Positions 35,603 through 46,328 of a stretch of 64,000 nucleotides of DNA are shown here, one piece after another; position 1 is the stretch's first letter, and the number at the start of each line of letters is the position of its first letter. Source of the DNA: Phaeosaccion multiseriatum (Eukaryota; Protista; Ochrophyta, other classes). The notes below the pieces were generated by a model. That model did no database searches. It was given only the letters and a program-made list of their open reading frames with translations, and had not been told where the DNA came from. The stretch covers positions 3,224,001 to 3,288,000 of the forward strand of contig OZ218961.1 in the NCBI GenBank assembly GCA_965112735.1. The letters run 5' to 3'. The position numbers and the translations under genes were made by a program.

Positions 35603-36420
35603 GGAGGTTAGGCTGTTCTGCGCAAGGCTCTCTCTCTCTCTCCCGAGAGGCTGCCTTGCCTCTCTCGGCCTCCCCACCTGTCCCTGCCCCCACCCCACAG
35701 CGCATTGGCCTGCTGCGGGCCAAGTGTCTCCTCCTGTGCAGGGCCTGCTCTCGGCGGGACGAGTGGGTAGGACTGAGTGAGTAGGACTGAGTGGGAGACT
35801 ACCCCACTGCCCGACGGTGGTGCCCGACGGAGCCTCTGCCCAGTGACTATCCGCCTGCACGTGAGCTGCCATCGTCTCGTGGCGAGCTCGACGGATACAG
35901 TCAGTATCAACGGCGGTTGCAGCAAGCGCCTTTTACTGACTCGTGGCCCCGGAGGGAGGAGGGGCGGCGAGACGATGCGGCTCTCGCTCGGCCAGTGCAC
36001 AGGAGAGCTGTTGGACTGTTGTTGGACTGTTGGTTTGACTACAAGAGTGCAGTGCAATGGAACGGAGAGCAAGCTGTTGGACTGACGCGTGCAGCAAGCG
36101 GAGGGGTAAGGATGGGCTGCGAGAGCCGGTCCGGCCCCGGGGGGACGTGCAATGTGCTGCACTTCACCCCACGCACTCGAGCTGACCCCGTCTGCTGCTC
36201 CCCACCACTCTCCGCTACAATTATCCTCCGAGGTGGGGCAAGTACCCCCCTACCCCTTTGGATTGCACTGCACTGCACTTGCTGACCGGGATCCGTCTCT
36301 CAGGGTGCGCTACTCCGCACTCCGCGCATGAGGCACAAGCAGGCTGGGAGGCTTTCAGGCTGGGCCAAGGGGACAAGGGTCGACCCCTGACGTGCTAATG
36401 ACATTGTACGGAGCGATTCT

Positions 36421-36555
36421 CGGTAGCATGCTACCGGGCCCTCCGGACCCGGCAGCACGCTACTGGCGGCCGGCCGGTAGCAGGTAGCAGCTGGCTCACG
36501 CCGCCGGTAGCAGGTAGCACACCGGCTGGCGCCGACGGTAGCAGTCGATAGCAGG
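36421..36555 (+). repeat. GGTAGCAGGTAGCA-type intergenic element, copy 2
   Basis: Two CCGGTAGCAGGTAGCA units (36474, 36504), palindrome CGGTAGCATGCTACCG (36421-36436) and degenerate units to 36555. Confidence 0.7.
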
Positions 36556-37086
36556 GCGATGTATATTAGAGCTTATGGGCTCAGTATTTGCGCGCTTGAG
36601 GTGAGTGGTAACCATGAAAAGACGTGTGTGTGTGTGGTGTGGTGATGGAGAGTGATGTGCATGAGGAGAGGAGGGCGATGGTGGTAGGGGGGGGAGTAAA
36701 GGATAAAAGGGGAGTGGGAAGGGAGTGACGTGGACCGTAGGGTGAGTAACGTGTAAGCTACCCTCATGTCGGCCCCTGACATGGTTCTGAGCGACCCTGG
36801 TTCCTGGTTCTGGGCTGGCCTGTCTCAAAACCATGTCAGGGGCCGACTAATGTGGATGGTGTGGCGGACAGGTCGTTGACTAACCGTTGGTGCTATGCCG
36901 TGTGCTGATGGTCTCTATGTCTGCTGTCGTGCCTACTCCTACTCCTCAGGCGTCCGCTCCGTCGATGGCTCCCATGAGCCCCCAGTCGAGGGTTTCCAAA
37001 GAAGAAAAAGTCTGCGTTGTTGATCTGCCTAATAGTAAAAAGTGTAAAAGTGCCGTTTCGGAAAAAGGGAATCATTAGCCACGCGA

Positions 37087-38746
37087 ATGCGAGAAAAGGC
37101 CTTCCTGGAAGCAGCGGGTAGGCTGGGGAGCGGCAACAGCGAGCCAGAGAGGAGCACCGCAATCTTGACACTAAGTAAAGTCGTGCGGAATCTGCTTGAC
37201 CATCCGCAAAAGCCCAAGTACAGGAGGCTGAGGGCGGACAGCCTCGAGCTTCGAAGGAGGCTGTTTCATGCGGTGGGATCGGGACACTGCCTGCAGGCCC
37301 TGGGCTTCACCATCAATGACGGCGAGGGCAAGACGTTGGTCCTGCCAGGCACCAGGGGGAGGAACGAATGTTGCTGTGGTGGCCAGCAAGAAGAGCTTAG
37401 CACCAAGGGGGGAATGCCAAGGCCAACCTGCCAATTCTGTAGTGAAGAGAGAGAGCTTTTCTCGAAAGCGCACGACATTTTGCAGCAGCTGCTACAAGAT
37501 GAGCCATCCACAGCAGCAGCAGCTCGTCTAGGAGGAGTGGGGTTGCAGCCGCAGCGGCAGCAGGGGACAGTGGAGCTTGATGGGGAGCTGAGGGAGTGGG
37601 CTGCTCTGACCATCCAGAGTCAGTGGAAGAAGTTCCAGTGGAAGCAGGAGATGCGCGGATTCGTGAGTAGGAGGACAGCGTGGCATGGACACCAGCGAAC
37701 AAGACAGCTAGGGAGGGGAGGGCTGGAAGTTGCGGCCCAGCCGGAATCAGAGGGCGGTAGACAAGAACAACAACAACAGCAACAGGCCCAGCAGCAGCAG
37801 CAGGAGGACGAGAGTGAGCACGAGCAGGAGGAGCCACAGCATGGCATCGGGGAGGAGGAAAGCCAGCATACCTTCGTCACCCTCGCATGCGGCGGTGCAG
37901 AGGGCGAAGAAGGCAGTGAGGAGGGCGAAGGGGGCTCTGTGAGCAGGAGCAGTGGCGCCAGTGAGCGCGCCAGTGAGAGCGCGAGTGAGAGCAAGTGCGG
38001 CACAGCAGGGGGGCAGGGGGTGCGGATTGAGGTAGAGAGCTCCTCCCTGACCGTCCAGGTAATCATGTCCGAGGTGAGCACTAAATCAGCGACACTTGCC
38101 ATGCCTGCTGAAGCTCATCGCCTGCTGTCCCTCTTCTCCCTCCCTACCTGTTTTTGTGTCGCTCTCTCCTTCTGTCTCTATCGTGTAGCTATCGCCAAGC
38201 CCCCACGGAAGGGTGCAGGCCCGAGAACAGTCAGGGCAGGCCTTACAGAGGAGGTCCCTCGCCCTGCCCTGCGTCCCTGTCCGAAGACGAGCAGCGTCCC
38301 GCCGTGCTGCCCGAGAGAGCTCGACACGACGGCCATCCCACCGAGAGGAGGAAGAGAGGGGGGCAAAGTTGGGCTCCTCTGCAGCGGCGGGGGGTGGGAG
38401 AGCAGGTAGAGTTGGTCCAGTGAAGCAGGAGCGGGTAGATGCAGGTAGAGTCAAGCCCTTGGAAGGCAACAGATGCAGCAGGAGCCCCCTACCGGGCCGG
38501 AGCTCTCCTGAGGGGCACAGCCAGCACGGGCCTCTCTGGGGCAAGGTCAAAGGCGCCTCCACCTCGACCGACGTCAGCGAAGGAGGGCGCTGTTCGGGCT
38601 GCGGGGCGGGCGGAGGCGGGCGGGTGGTGGAGCTGCTCGCTCAGCAGCGCAGGAGGTGGGCCGCGGTGCCCTTGGCCGCCCATCTTCATCTGCACGCAGA
38701 GGGGAAGCCATTGCCACAGAGGGCACCCTCCCGAGCCGCCGCCTGA
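37087..38746 (+). CDS. PUB-domain plus IQ-motif protein (probable intron ~38073-38188)
   Basis: TLSKVVRNLLDHPQKPKYRRLR...CLQALGF (PUB) and AALTIQSQWKKFQWKQ (IQ-like). Confidence 0.7.
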
Positions 38747-39102
38747 GCAGGCGTGGCAGCCGGCGTCGAGGCGAGGCGAGTCCGGGTCATCCCCACTGAT
38801 CAAAGCTGATGAGCTGAGGCTCCTCCTCCTCCTCCTCCTCGCTCCTGTCTCGCTCCTGTGAGCAGTCGGGCCAGTTTCAGTTTCAGTTTCAGAGCATTTA
38901 CGAAGGTGACTTTACGAAGTTGATCCGGTGCCGTCGTGATTGCAGGCGGTCAGCGGTGTCGTCGCCACCGGGTCATTGTTGGAGGCCGCTTGTTATAATT
39001 GATACGGAGACACGGATGCCTCAGCAAGGCACCGAAGACAGTAACTCAGCATCGTATTGTCACTCGGACCGCAGACACAAGGTAGGGCAAGGGCTCCATC
39101 TT

Positions 39103-39150
<48 letters not shown>

Positions 39151-39890
39151 AAGAGTGAGAGGCGCAGTGAGTCCAGCGAATGGCGTCATGACTGACGCTC
39201 TTCCTCGGTTCTTATTCGTAGCTCACTCACGCGTACACAAGTCGCTCAGGCATCTGCATCTCACGCAAACACGCCCCCGGCAGTGTGACACGCCCACACA
39301 TCCACCCTCACTACCTCCCTCCCTCCCTCACTCCCTCACTCTCCTCGTACTCACTCACGCACGTGGTCACTCATACACCTCACTCACCCACGCACCTACG
39401 CACCCACTCAACCACCTAAACACGCGCGCACCCACCCATCCACCCATGCTACACGCAAGTGTCGGCCCCATGCACGCCTGCGGTTTTGCTCTAGGCCGCT
39501 AGGCCGCTAGGCCTTCGGTCGATCTAGGCCTAGGCCGGCGGCCTATATAGCCCGCCTCTAGGCAGCCTCCCAGTGACCGTGGGCGCGTGCGTGGTGCCGC
39601 CCAGCCAGTGGGTAGCAGCGTAGCAGCACACCTGTAGGTCTGCACTCCTCGTAGGGCCAGCGAGACAACACGAACTAAGTCTACTCCTCACTTCCAATCC
39701 CATGCAATGAAATTGACTACTCTTTGCACTTTGGGCACTCCCACCGTCGCTAAAAAGGAATTTGAAGACATGCAGCAGTTGTCATCCGCGGCCATCTGTG
39801 AGGCGGTGGTCTGGCCCTGCTCTGCGCCTCTTTCCTCCTCCTTTCCACCCTGCCCGTACACCCCGCCCGGAGAACTCGCTGTATGCTCGG

Positions 39891-42731
39891 ATGAGGAGAC
39901 CATACAGTAGTAGCAGAAGCGGGGGAAGAAGGCATAGGTACGGGAGGCGGCGGAGAGCTCCTGGTGGAAGAGATGCTCCGTCTGGCGCAGCCCCAGCCCC
40001 TGCCTGTGGTGTCGCTCCAGCGTATCTGGCAGCCTTCCACGCCACGGCGCGCCAGCGGTGCTTGTCAAGCGGGTGGGGTGTAACTATCGGGGTGAGGAGT
40101 ACCAGTGGGGGGGCTTGTTTCTCAACAAGTAGTATCCCCCCTGCTGAGGACGAGGAGGGGGTCCCAGCGCCCTCGTTGTGGCTCGCGACACTGGAGCGTT
40201 TGGAGGCCGCGCGGGAGGCCAGGGACTGGGAGAGAGTGCGCGGCGAGTGGGAGGCGGCGGTGCGGTCGCCACTGCCCATTGACGCGCCTCTTCTCGACAC
40301 AGTCGTGGAGGCTTTGGGCCACTGCGGCCGATGGGAAGAGACGCTTGGATTGCTGAGGGAGATCCAGACGCAGAAGTACGGAGCGTTGATACCACACGTT
40401 GCCCACTACAATGCCGCCATTAACGCCTGCGGTCGGGCTCGGAGATACGATGAAGCCATGGATCTCCTTCGGGAGATGCCTGTAGTGGGATTGCAGCCGG
40501 ACTGCCGAACGTACTCGGCTGCGATTGTGGCGTGTGGCTTCGCGGGGAGGGCAGACCAGGCACTGCAGCTTCTCAAGGACATGCAAGCACAGGGCCTTCC
40601 ACCCGACAATCGCAATTTGAGCGCCGCTATCGCCGCTGTGGGTAGAGCTGGCCAGCCTGAAGAAGCGCTGCGGCTGCTGGAAAGAGTACCCGAGTACGGC
40701 TTGGAGGCCGATGCCGGCAACTTCGAGGCCGCCATCCAGGTGTGCAGTCGGGCGGGATGGTTGGACGCGGCATGGGACCTGTGGGAGGAGGTGCTGGCAG
40801 GAGACATGGTCCTGGATGTGTACCTGTACTCTGCGGCCTTGAGTCTCTGTGTCGCGTCGAGGAGATGGGACAGGGCTTTGGAGCTGCTGAGGGGCATGGA
40901 AGGGGAAGGCGTCATACCCAATCGATACCACTATAGTATTGCGATGGATGCCTGCATCAAGAGCGGGGAGTACGACAAACCTCTGGAGCTGCTAAAGAGT
41001 ATGAAGAAGGAGGGACCCGCTCCGAATGTAGTGAGCTACAACACTGCCATTAATGCATGTGCCAAGGCCGGTCGACACGTGGAAGCGTTGAGGTTGTTGA
41101 GGGAGATGAAGGAAGGAGGACCCGCTCCGGATGTAAGGAGCTACAACGCCGCCATTGATGCATGCGCCAAGGCCGGTGAACACGTGGAAGCGTTGAGGTT
41201 GTTGAGGGAGATGAAGGAAGAAGGACCCGCTCCGGATGTAAGGAGCTACAACACGGCCATTGATGCATGCGCCAAGGCCGGTGAACACGTGGAAGCGTTG
41301 AGGTTGTTGAGGGAGATGAAGGAAGGAGGACCCGCTCCGGATGTAAGGAGCTACAACACGGCCATTGATGCATGCGCCAAGGCCGGTCGACACGTGGAGG
41401 CATTGGGGTTGTTGAGGGAGATGAAGGAGGGAGGGCCCGCTCCGAATGTAGTGAGCTACACCGCCGCCATTGATGCATGCGCCAAGGCCGGTGAACACGT
41501 GGAAGCGTTGAGGTTGTTGAGGGAGATGAAGGAAGAAGGACCCGCTCCGGATGTAAGGAGCTACAACACGGCCATTGATGCATGCGCCAAGGCCGGTGAA
41601 CACGTGGAAGCGTTGAGGTTGTTGAAGGAGATGAAGGAAGGAGGACCCGCTCCGGATGTAAGGAGCTACAACACGGCCATTGATGCATGCGCCAAGGCCG
41701 GTCGACACGTGGAGGCATTGGGGTTGTTGAGGGAGATGAAGGAAGGAGGGCCCGCTCCGAATGTAGTGAGCTACACCGCCGCCATTGATGCATGCGCCAA
41801 GGCCGGTGAACACGTGGAAGCGTTGAGCTTGTTGAAGGAGATGAAGGAAGAAGGACCCGCTCCGAATGTAAGGAGCTACGCCGCCGCCATTAATGCATGT
41901 GCCAAGGGTGGTCAGTACATGGAGGCGTTGGGGTTGTTGAGGGAGATGAAGGAGGGAGGACCCGCTCCGAATGAAGTGAGCTACAATGCTGCCATTGATG
42001 CATGCGCCAAGGCCGGTCGACACGTGGATGCGTTGAGGTTGCTGAGGGAGATGAAGGAAGAAGGACCCGCTCCGAATGAAGTGAGCTACGCCGCCGCCAT
42101 TAATGCATGCGCCAAGGCCGGTCAATACATGGAGGCGTTGAGGTTGTTGAGAGAGAGAAAGGAAGAAGGACCCGCTCCGAACGTAAGGAGCTACAACGCT
42201 GCTATTAACGCATGCGCCAAGGCCGGTCGACACGTGGATGCGTTGGGGTTGTTGGGGGAGATGAAGGAGGGAGGACCATCTCCGGATGAAGTGAGCTATA
42301 ATGCTGCCATTCATGCGTGCGCCAATGCTTGTCAGCACTTGGAGGCGTTGGGGCTCTTCAGGGAGATGAAGGCTGAAGGACTGGTTCCGGACTCAGTCAC
42401 CTATACCGTCACCATTGACGCTTTGCAGGAAGGCGGCGACGAGGAGGCTGCTGACGAGGTGTACGCAGAGGCCGTGTCGCTGGGGATGTTTAAACATTGG
42501 GTGGTACCGGGGACGGACATGGACTTGACACGCTTTGGCAAGGGAGTGGGCAAGGCAGCGCTTCGTCACGTGCATTCAGAGGCGAAGGTGGAGAGTGTGA
42601 TCAACGTCATCACAGGCAGAGGAAGGCTGCCCGCGGTGCTGGCCTACTTGCAGGAGAGAGCAGGAGTCGAAGTGTGGGAAGACAAACACCACCCCGGGAG
42701 AGTGGTGATGCGAGTCGCTGGTACGAAGTAG
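39891..42731 (+). CDS. PPR-SMR protein, paralog 1 (intronless; ~7 divergent + 13 near-identical + 1 terminal PPR; C-terminal Smr-like domain)
   Basis: 35-aa repeats VxSY(N/T/A)xAIDACAKAG...MKExGPAP(D/N); C-terminus DMDLTRF...VINVITGRG...HPGRVVM; Arg/Ser-rich N-terminus resembling a mitochondrial presequence. Confidence 0.92.
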   Translation: MRRPYSSSRSGGRRHRYGRRRRAPGGRDAPSGAAPAPACGVAPAYLAAFHATARQRCLSSGWGVTIGVRSTSGGACFSTSSIPPAEDEEGVPAPSLWLATLERLEAAREARDWERVRGEWEAAVRSPLPIDAPLLDTVVEALGHCGRWEETLGLLREIQTQKYGALIPHVAHYNAAINACGRARRYDEAMDLLREMPVVGLQPDCRTYSAAIVACGFAGRADQALQLLKDMQAQGLPPDNRNLSAAIAAVGRAGQPEEALRLLERVPEYGLEADAGNFEAAIQVCSRAGWLDAAWDLWEEVLAGDMVLDVYLYSAALSLCVASRRWDRALELLRGMEGEGVIPNRYHYSIAMDACIKSGEYDKPLELLKSMKKEGPAPNVVSYNTAINACAKAGRHVEALRLLREMKEGGPAPDVRSYNAAIDACAKAGEHVEALRLLREMKEEGPAPDVRSYNTAIDACAKAGEHVEALRLLREMKEGGPAPDVRSYNTAIDACAKAGRHVEALGLLREMKEGGPAPNVVSYTAAIDACAKAGEHVEALRLLREMKEEGPAPDVRSYNTAIDACAKAGEHVEALRLLKEMKEGGPAPDVRSYNTAIDACAKAGRHVEALGLLREMKEGGPAPNVVSYTAAIDACAKAGEHVEALSLLKEMKEEGPAPNVRSYAAAINACAKGGQYMEALGLLREMKEGGPAPNEVSYNAAIDACAKAGRHVDALRLLREMKEEGPAPNEVSYAAAINACAKAGQYMEALRLLRERKEEGPAPNVRSYNAAINACAKAGRHVDALGLLGEMKEGGPSPDEVSYNAAIHACANACQHLEALGLFREMKAEGLVPDSVTYTVTIDALQEGGDEEAADEVYAEAVSLGMFKHWVVPGTDMDLTRFGKGVGKAALRHVHSEAKVESVINVITGRGRLPAVLAYLQERAGVEVWEDKHHPGRVVMRVAGTK
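41028..42392 (+). repeat. 13 x 105-bp coding tandem array (PPR)
   Basis: Exact 105-bp period with near-identical units. Confidence 0.97.
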
Positions 42732-43382
42732 AACTGGAGATAAGCCCTTTCACAACAATATATCCAGTGTTTTTGTTTTTATTTTACATGTCACAGCAGC
42801 TTCAACCTGATGTGACGCTCTCTGCCTGTGTGACCTCAACACGGCTGATGGCGAAGATTGCCCGGCCTTCCTCACTTTATTCAGCTGTTTCTCTCCAAAG
42901 TAGGTGGCGGAGCAGGCGGTGTAGACGGGTGCAGTGCTGTCGGTGTCGATGGTGTCAGCGCTCTACGGGCCAGCTTTGCCTCCACCCTCGCATGCTCGAC
43001 TATCAATTCCTTGCTGACGCGATTAAAGACGCGAAGAAGTTCCGTTTTCCCTGCACAACCTTCGCCAGCGTCAGCGCATCGGGAGCCGACACAAGAGCCG
43101 AGCACAAGGATGCGAGTCTCGCTTCGCTCGAGGTCTATTAATTCGGCGAGGACGCATCGCGCAGGGCGGCGAGAACTGCACGGCAAGCGACAGGATCGGC
43201 GGGGTCGAGGCGCCCGTGCTTGCTGGGGACGTTGGCCAGGCGCTGAGGCGTCACTAAAGCGAGCACTTTGTACCGCGCCGCCAAACCAAGGGAACATCAC
43301 GTGTTGGTACTCCACAGCCCATTTGAGCTAATGGCGCTGGCCTTAATAGAGCTAATACGTCGTACGATTGTTTGCTCTTCAG

Positions 43383-46328
43383 ATGAGGAGAGTATGCAGC
43401 AGCAGTAGAAGCGGGGGGAGGAGGCACAGGTACGGGAAGCAGCGGATAGCTCTTGGTGGAAGAGATGCTCCATCTGGTGCAGCCCCAGCCCCTGCCTGTG
43501 CTATCACTCAAGCGTATCTGGCAGCCTTCCACGCCACGGCGCGCCAGCGGTGCTTGTCAAGCGGGTGGGGTGTAACTATCGGGGTGAGGAGTACCAGTGG
43601 GGGGGCTTGTTTCTCAACAAGTAGTATCCCCCCTGCTGAGGACGAGGAGGGGGTCCCAGCGCCCTCGTTGTGGCTCGCGACACTGGAGCGTTTGGAGGCC
43701 GCGCGGGAGGCCAGGGACTGGGAGAGAGTGCGCGGCGAGTGGGAGGCGGCGGTGCGGTCGCCACTGCCCATTGACGCGCCTCTTCTCGACACAATCGTGG
43801 AGGCTTTCGGCCACTGCGGCCGATGGGAAGAGACGCTTGGATTGCTGAGGGAGATCCAGACGCAGAAGTACGGAGCGTTGATACCACACGTTGCCCACTA
43901 CAATGCCGCCATTGACGCCTGCGGTCGGGCTCGGAGATACGATGAAGCCATGGATCTCCTTCGGGAGATGCCTGTAGTGGGATTGCAGCCGGACTGCCGA
44001 ACGTACTCGGCAGCGATTGTGGCGTGTGGTTTCGGGGGGAGGGCAGACCAGGCACTGCAGCTTCTTAGGGACATGCAAGCGCAGGGGCTTCCACCCGACA
44101 ATCGCAATTTGAGCGCCGCAATCGCCGCTGTGGGTAGAGCTGGCCAGCCTGAAGAAGCGCTGCGGCTGCTGGAAAGAGTACCCGAGTACGGCTTGGAGGC
44201 CCATGCCGGCAACTTCGCTGCCGCCATCGAGGTGTGCCGTCGGGCGGGATGGTTGGACGCGGCATGGGACCTGTGGGACGAGGTGGTGGCAGGAGACATG
44301 GTCCTGGATGCGTACCTGTACTCTGCGGCCTTGCGTCTCTGTGTCGCGTCGAGGAGATGGGACAGAGCTTTGGAGCTGCTGAGGGGCATGGAAGGGGAAG
44401 GCGTCATACCCGATCGATACCACTATAGTATAGCGATGGATGCCTGCATCAAGAGCGGGGAGTACGACAAACCTCTGGAGCTGCTAAAGAGTATGAAGAA
44501 GGAGGGACCCGCTCCGAATGTAGTGAGCTACAACGCTGCCATTAATGCATGTGCCAAGGCCGGTCGACACGTGGAGGCGTTGGGGTTGTTGAAGGAGATG
44601 AAGGAAGAAGGACTCCCTCCGAATGTAGTGAGCTACAACACTGCCATTGATGCATGCGCCAAGGCCAGTCGACACGTGGAGGCATTGGGGTTGTTGAGGG
44701 AGATGAAGGAGGGAGGGCCCGCTCCGAATGTAGTGAGCTACACCGCCGCCATTGATGCATGCGCCAAGGCCGGTGAACACGTGGAAGCGTTGAGGTTGTT
44801 GAGGGAGATGAAGGAAGGAGAACCCGCTCCGGATGTAAGGAGCTACAACGCTGCTATTAACGCATGCGCCAAGGCCGGTCGACACGTGGAGGCATTGGGG
44901 TTGTTGAAGGAGATGAAGGAAGAAGGACTCCCTCCGGATGTAAGGAGCTACAACACGGCCATTGATGCATGCGCCAAGGCCGGTCGACACGTGGAGGCGT
45001 TGGGGTTGTTGAAGGAGATGAAGGAAGAAGGACTCCCTCCGAATGTAGTGAGCTACAACGCTGCCATTGATGCATGCGCCAAGGCCGGTCGACACGTGGA
45101 GGCGTTGAGCTTGTTGAGGGAGATGAAGGAAGGAGGACCCGCTCCGGATATAGTGAGCTACAACGCTGCCATTGATGCATGCGCCAAGGCCGGTCGACAC
45201 GTGGAGGCGTTGAGGTTGTTGAGGGAGATGAAGGAAGGAGGACCCGCTCCGGATGTAAGGAGCTACAACACGGCCATTGATGCATACGCCAAGGTCGGTC
45301 GACACGTGGAGGCATTGAGGTTGCTGAGGGAGATGAAGGAAGAAGGACCCGCTCCGGATGTAAGGAGCTACAACACTGCCATTGATGCATGCGCCAAGGC
45401 CAGTCGACACGTGGAGGCATTGGGGTTGTTGAGGGAGATGAAGGAGGGAGGGCCCGCTCCGAATGTAGTGAGCTACACCGCCGCCATTGATGCATGCGCC
45501 AAGGCCGGTGAACACGTGGAAGCGTTGAGGTTGTTGAAGGAGATGAAGGAAGAAGGACCCGCTCCGAATGTAAGGAGCTACGCCGCCGCCATTAATGCAT
45601 GTGCCAAGGGTGGTCAGTACATGGAGGCGTTGGGGTTGTTGAGGGAGATGAAGGAGGGAGGGCCCGCTCCGAATGTAGTGAGCTACACCGCCGCCATTGA
45701 TGCATGCGCCAAGGCCGGTGAACACGTGGAAGCGTTGAGGTTGTTGAGGGAGATGAAGGAAGGAGGACCCGCTCCGGATGTAAGGAGCTACAACACGGCC
45801 AATGATGCATGCGCCAAGGCCGGTCGACACGTGGAGGCATTGAGGTTGCTGAGGGAGATGAAGGAAGAAGGACCCGCTCCGGATGTAAGGAGCTACACCG
45901 CCGCGATTGATGCATGCGCCAAGGCCGGTCAGTACATGGAGGCGTTGAGGTTGTTGAGGGAGATGAAGGAAGAAGGACTGGTTCCGGACTCAGTCACCTA
46001 CACCGTCACCATTGACGCTTTGCAGGAAGGCGGCGACGAGGAGGCTGCTGACGAGGTGTACGCAGAGGCCGTGTCGTGGGGGGTGTTCAAACATTGGGTG
46101 GGGCTGGGGACGGACGTGGAGTTAAGACGCTTCGGCATGGGAGTGGGCAAGGCAGCGCTTCGTCACGTGCATTCAGAGGCGAAGGTGGAGAGTGTGATCA
46201 ACGTCATCACAGGCAGAGGAAGGCTGCCCGCGGTGCTGGCCTACTTGCAGGAGAGAGCAGGAGTCGAAGTGTGGGAAGACAAACACCACCCCGGGAGAGT
46301 GGTGATGCGAGTCGCTGGTACGAAGTAG
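43383..46328 (+). CDS. PPR-SMR protein, paralog 2 (intronless; 14 near-identical repeats)
   Basis: Near-identical to paralog 1 outside the array and exactly 105 bp longer. Confidence 0.92.
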   Translation: MRRVCSSSRSGGRRHRYGKQRIALGGRDAPSGAAPAPACAITQAYLAAFHATARQRCLSSGWGVTIGVRSTSGGACFSTSSIPPAEDEEGVPAPSLWLATLERLEAAREARDWERVRGEWEAAVRSPLPIDAPLLDTIVEAFGHCGRWEETLGLLREIQTQKYGALIPHVAHYNAAIDACGRARRYDEAMDLLREMPVVGLQPDCRTYSAAIVACGFGGRADQALQLLRDMQAQGLPPDNRNLSAAIAAVGRAGQPEEALRLLERVPEYGLEAHAGNFAAAIEVCRRAGWLDAAWDLWDEVVAGDMVLDAYLYSAALRLCVASRRWDRALELLRGMEGEGVIPDRYHYSIAMDACIKSGEYDKPLELLKSMKKEGPAPNVVSYNAAINACAKAGRHVEALGLLKEMKEEGLPPNVVSYNTAIDACAKASRHVEALGLLREMKEGGPAPNVVSYTAAIDACAKAGEHVEALRLLREMKEGEPAPDVRSYNAAINACAKAGRHVEALGLLKEMKEEGLPPDVRSYNTAIDACAKAGRHVEALGLLKEMKEEGLPPNVVSYNAAIDACAKAGRHVEALSLLREMKEGGPAPDIVSYNAAIDACAKAGRHVEALRLLREMKEGGPAPDVRSYNTAIDAYAKVGRHVEALRLLREMKEEGPAPDVRSYNTAIDACAKASRHVEALGLLREMKEGGPAPNVVSYTAAIDACAKAGEHVEALRLLKEMKEEGPAPNVRSYAAAINACAKGGQYMEALGLLREMKEGGPAPNVVSYTAAIDACAKAGEHVEALRLLREMKEGGPAPDVRSYNTANDACAKAGRHVEALRLLREMKEEGPAPDVRSYTAAIDACAKAGQYMEALRLLREMKEEGLVPDSVTYTVTIDALQEGGDEEAADEVYAEAVSWGVFKHWVGLGTDVELRRFGMGVGKAALRHVHSEAKVESVINVITGRGRLPAVLAYLQERAGVEVWEDKHHPGRVVMRVAGTK
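44520..45989 (+). repeat. 14 x 105-bp coding tandem array (PPR)
   Basis: Exact 105-bp period; unit order differs from the first array. Confidence 0.97.

Noticed and set aside
42740-43380. ORFs in the spacer between the PPR genes (and 46400-46900) as transposon remnants
   Set aside because: No transposase or RT motifs, terminal repeats or target-site duplications recognisable by eye.
40992-45830. Two 448-aa antisense ORFs over the PPR arrays
   Set aside because: Shadow frames of a stop-free repeated unit; no independent protein signal.
41028-45989. 105-bp arrays as CRISPR or non-coding satellite
   Set aside because: No unique spacers; units are contiguous, in frame and encode PPR motifs in a eukaryotic gene.
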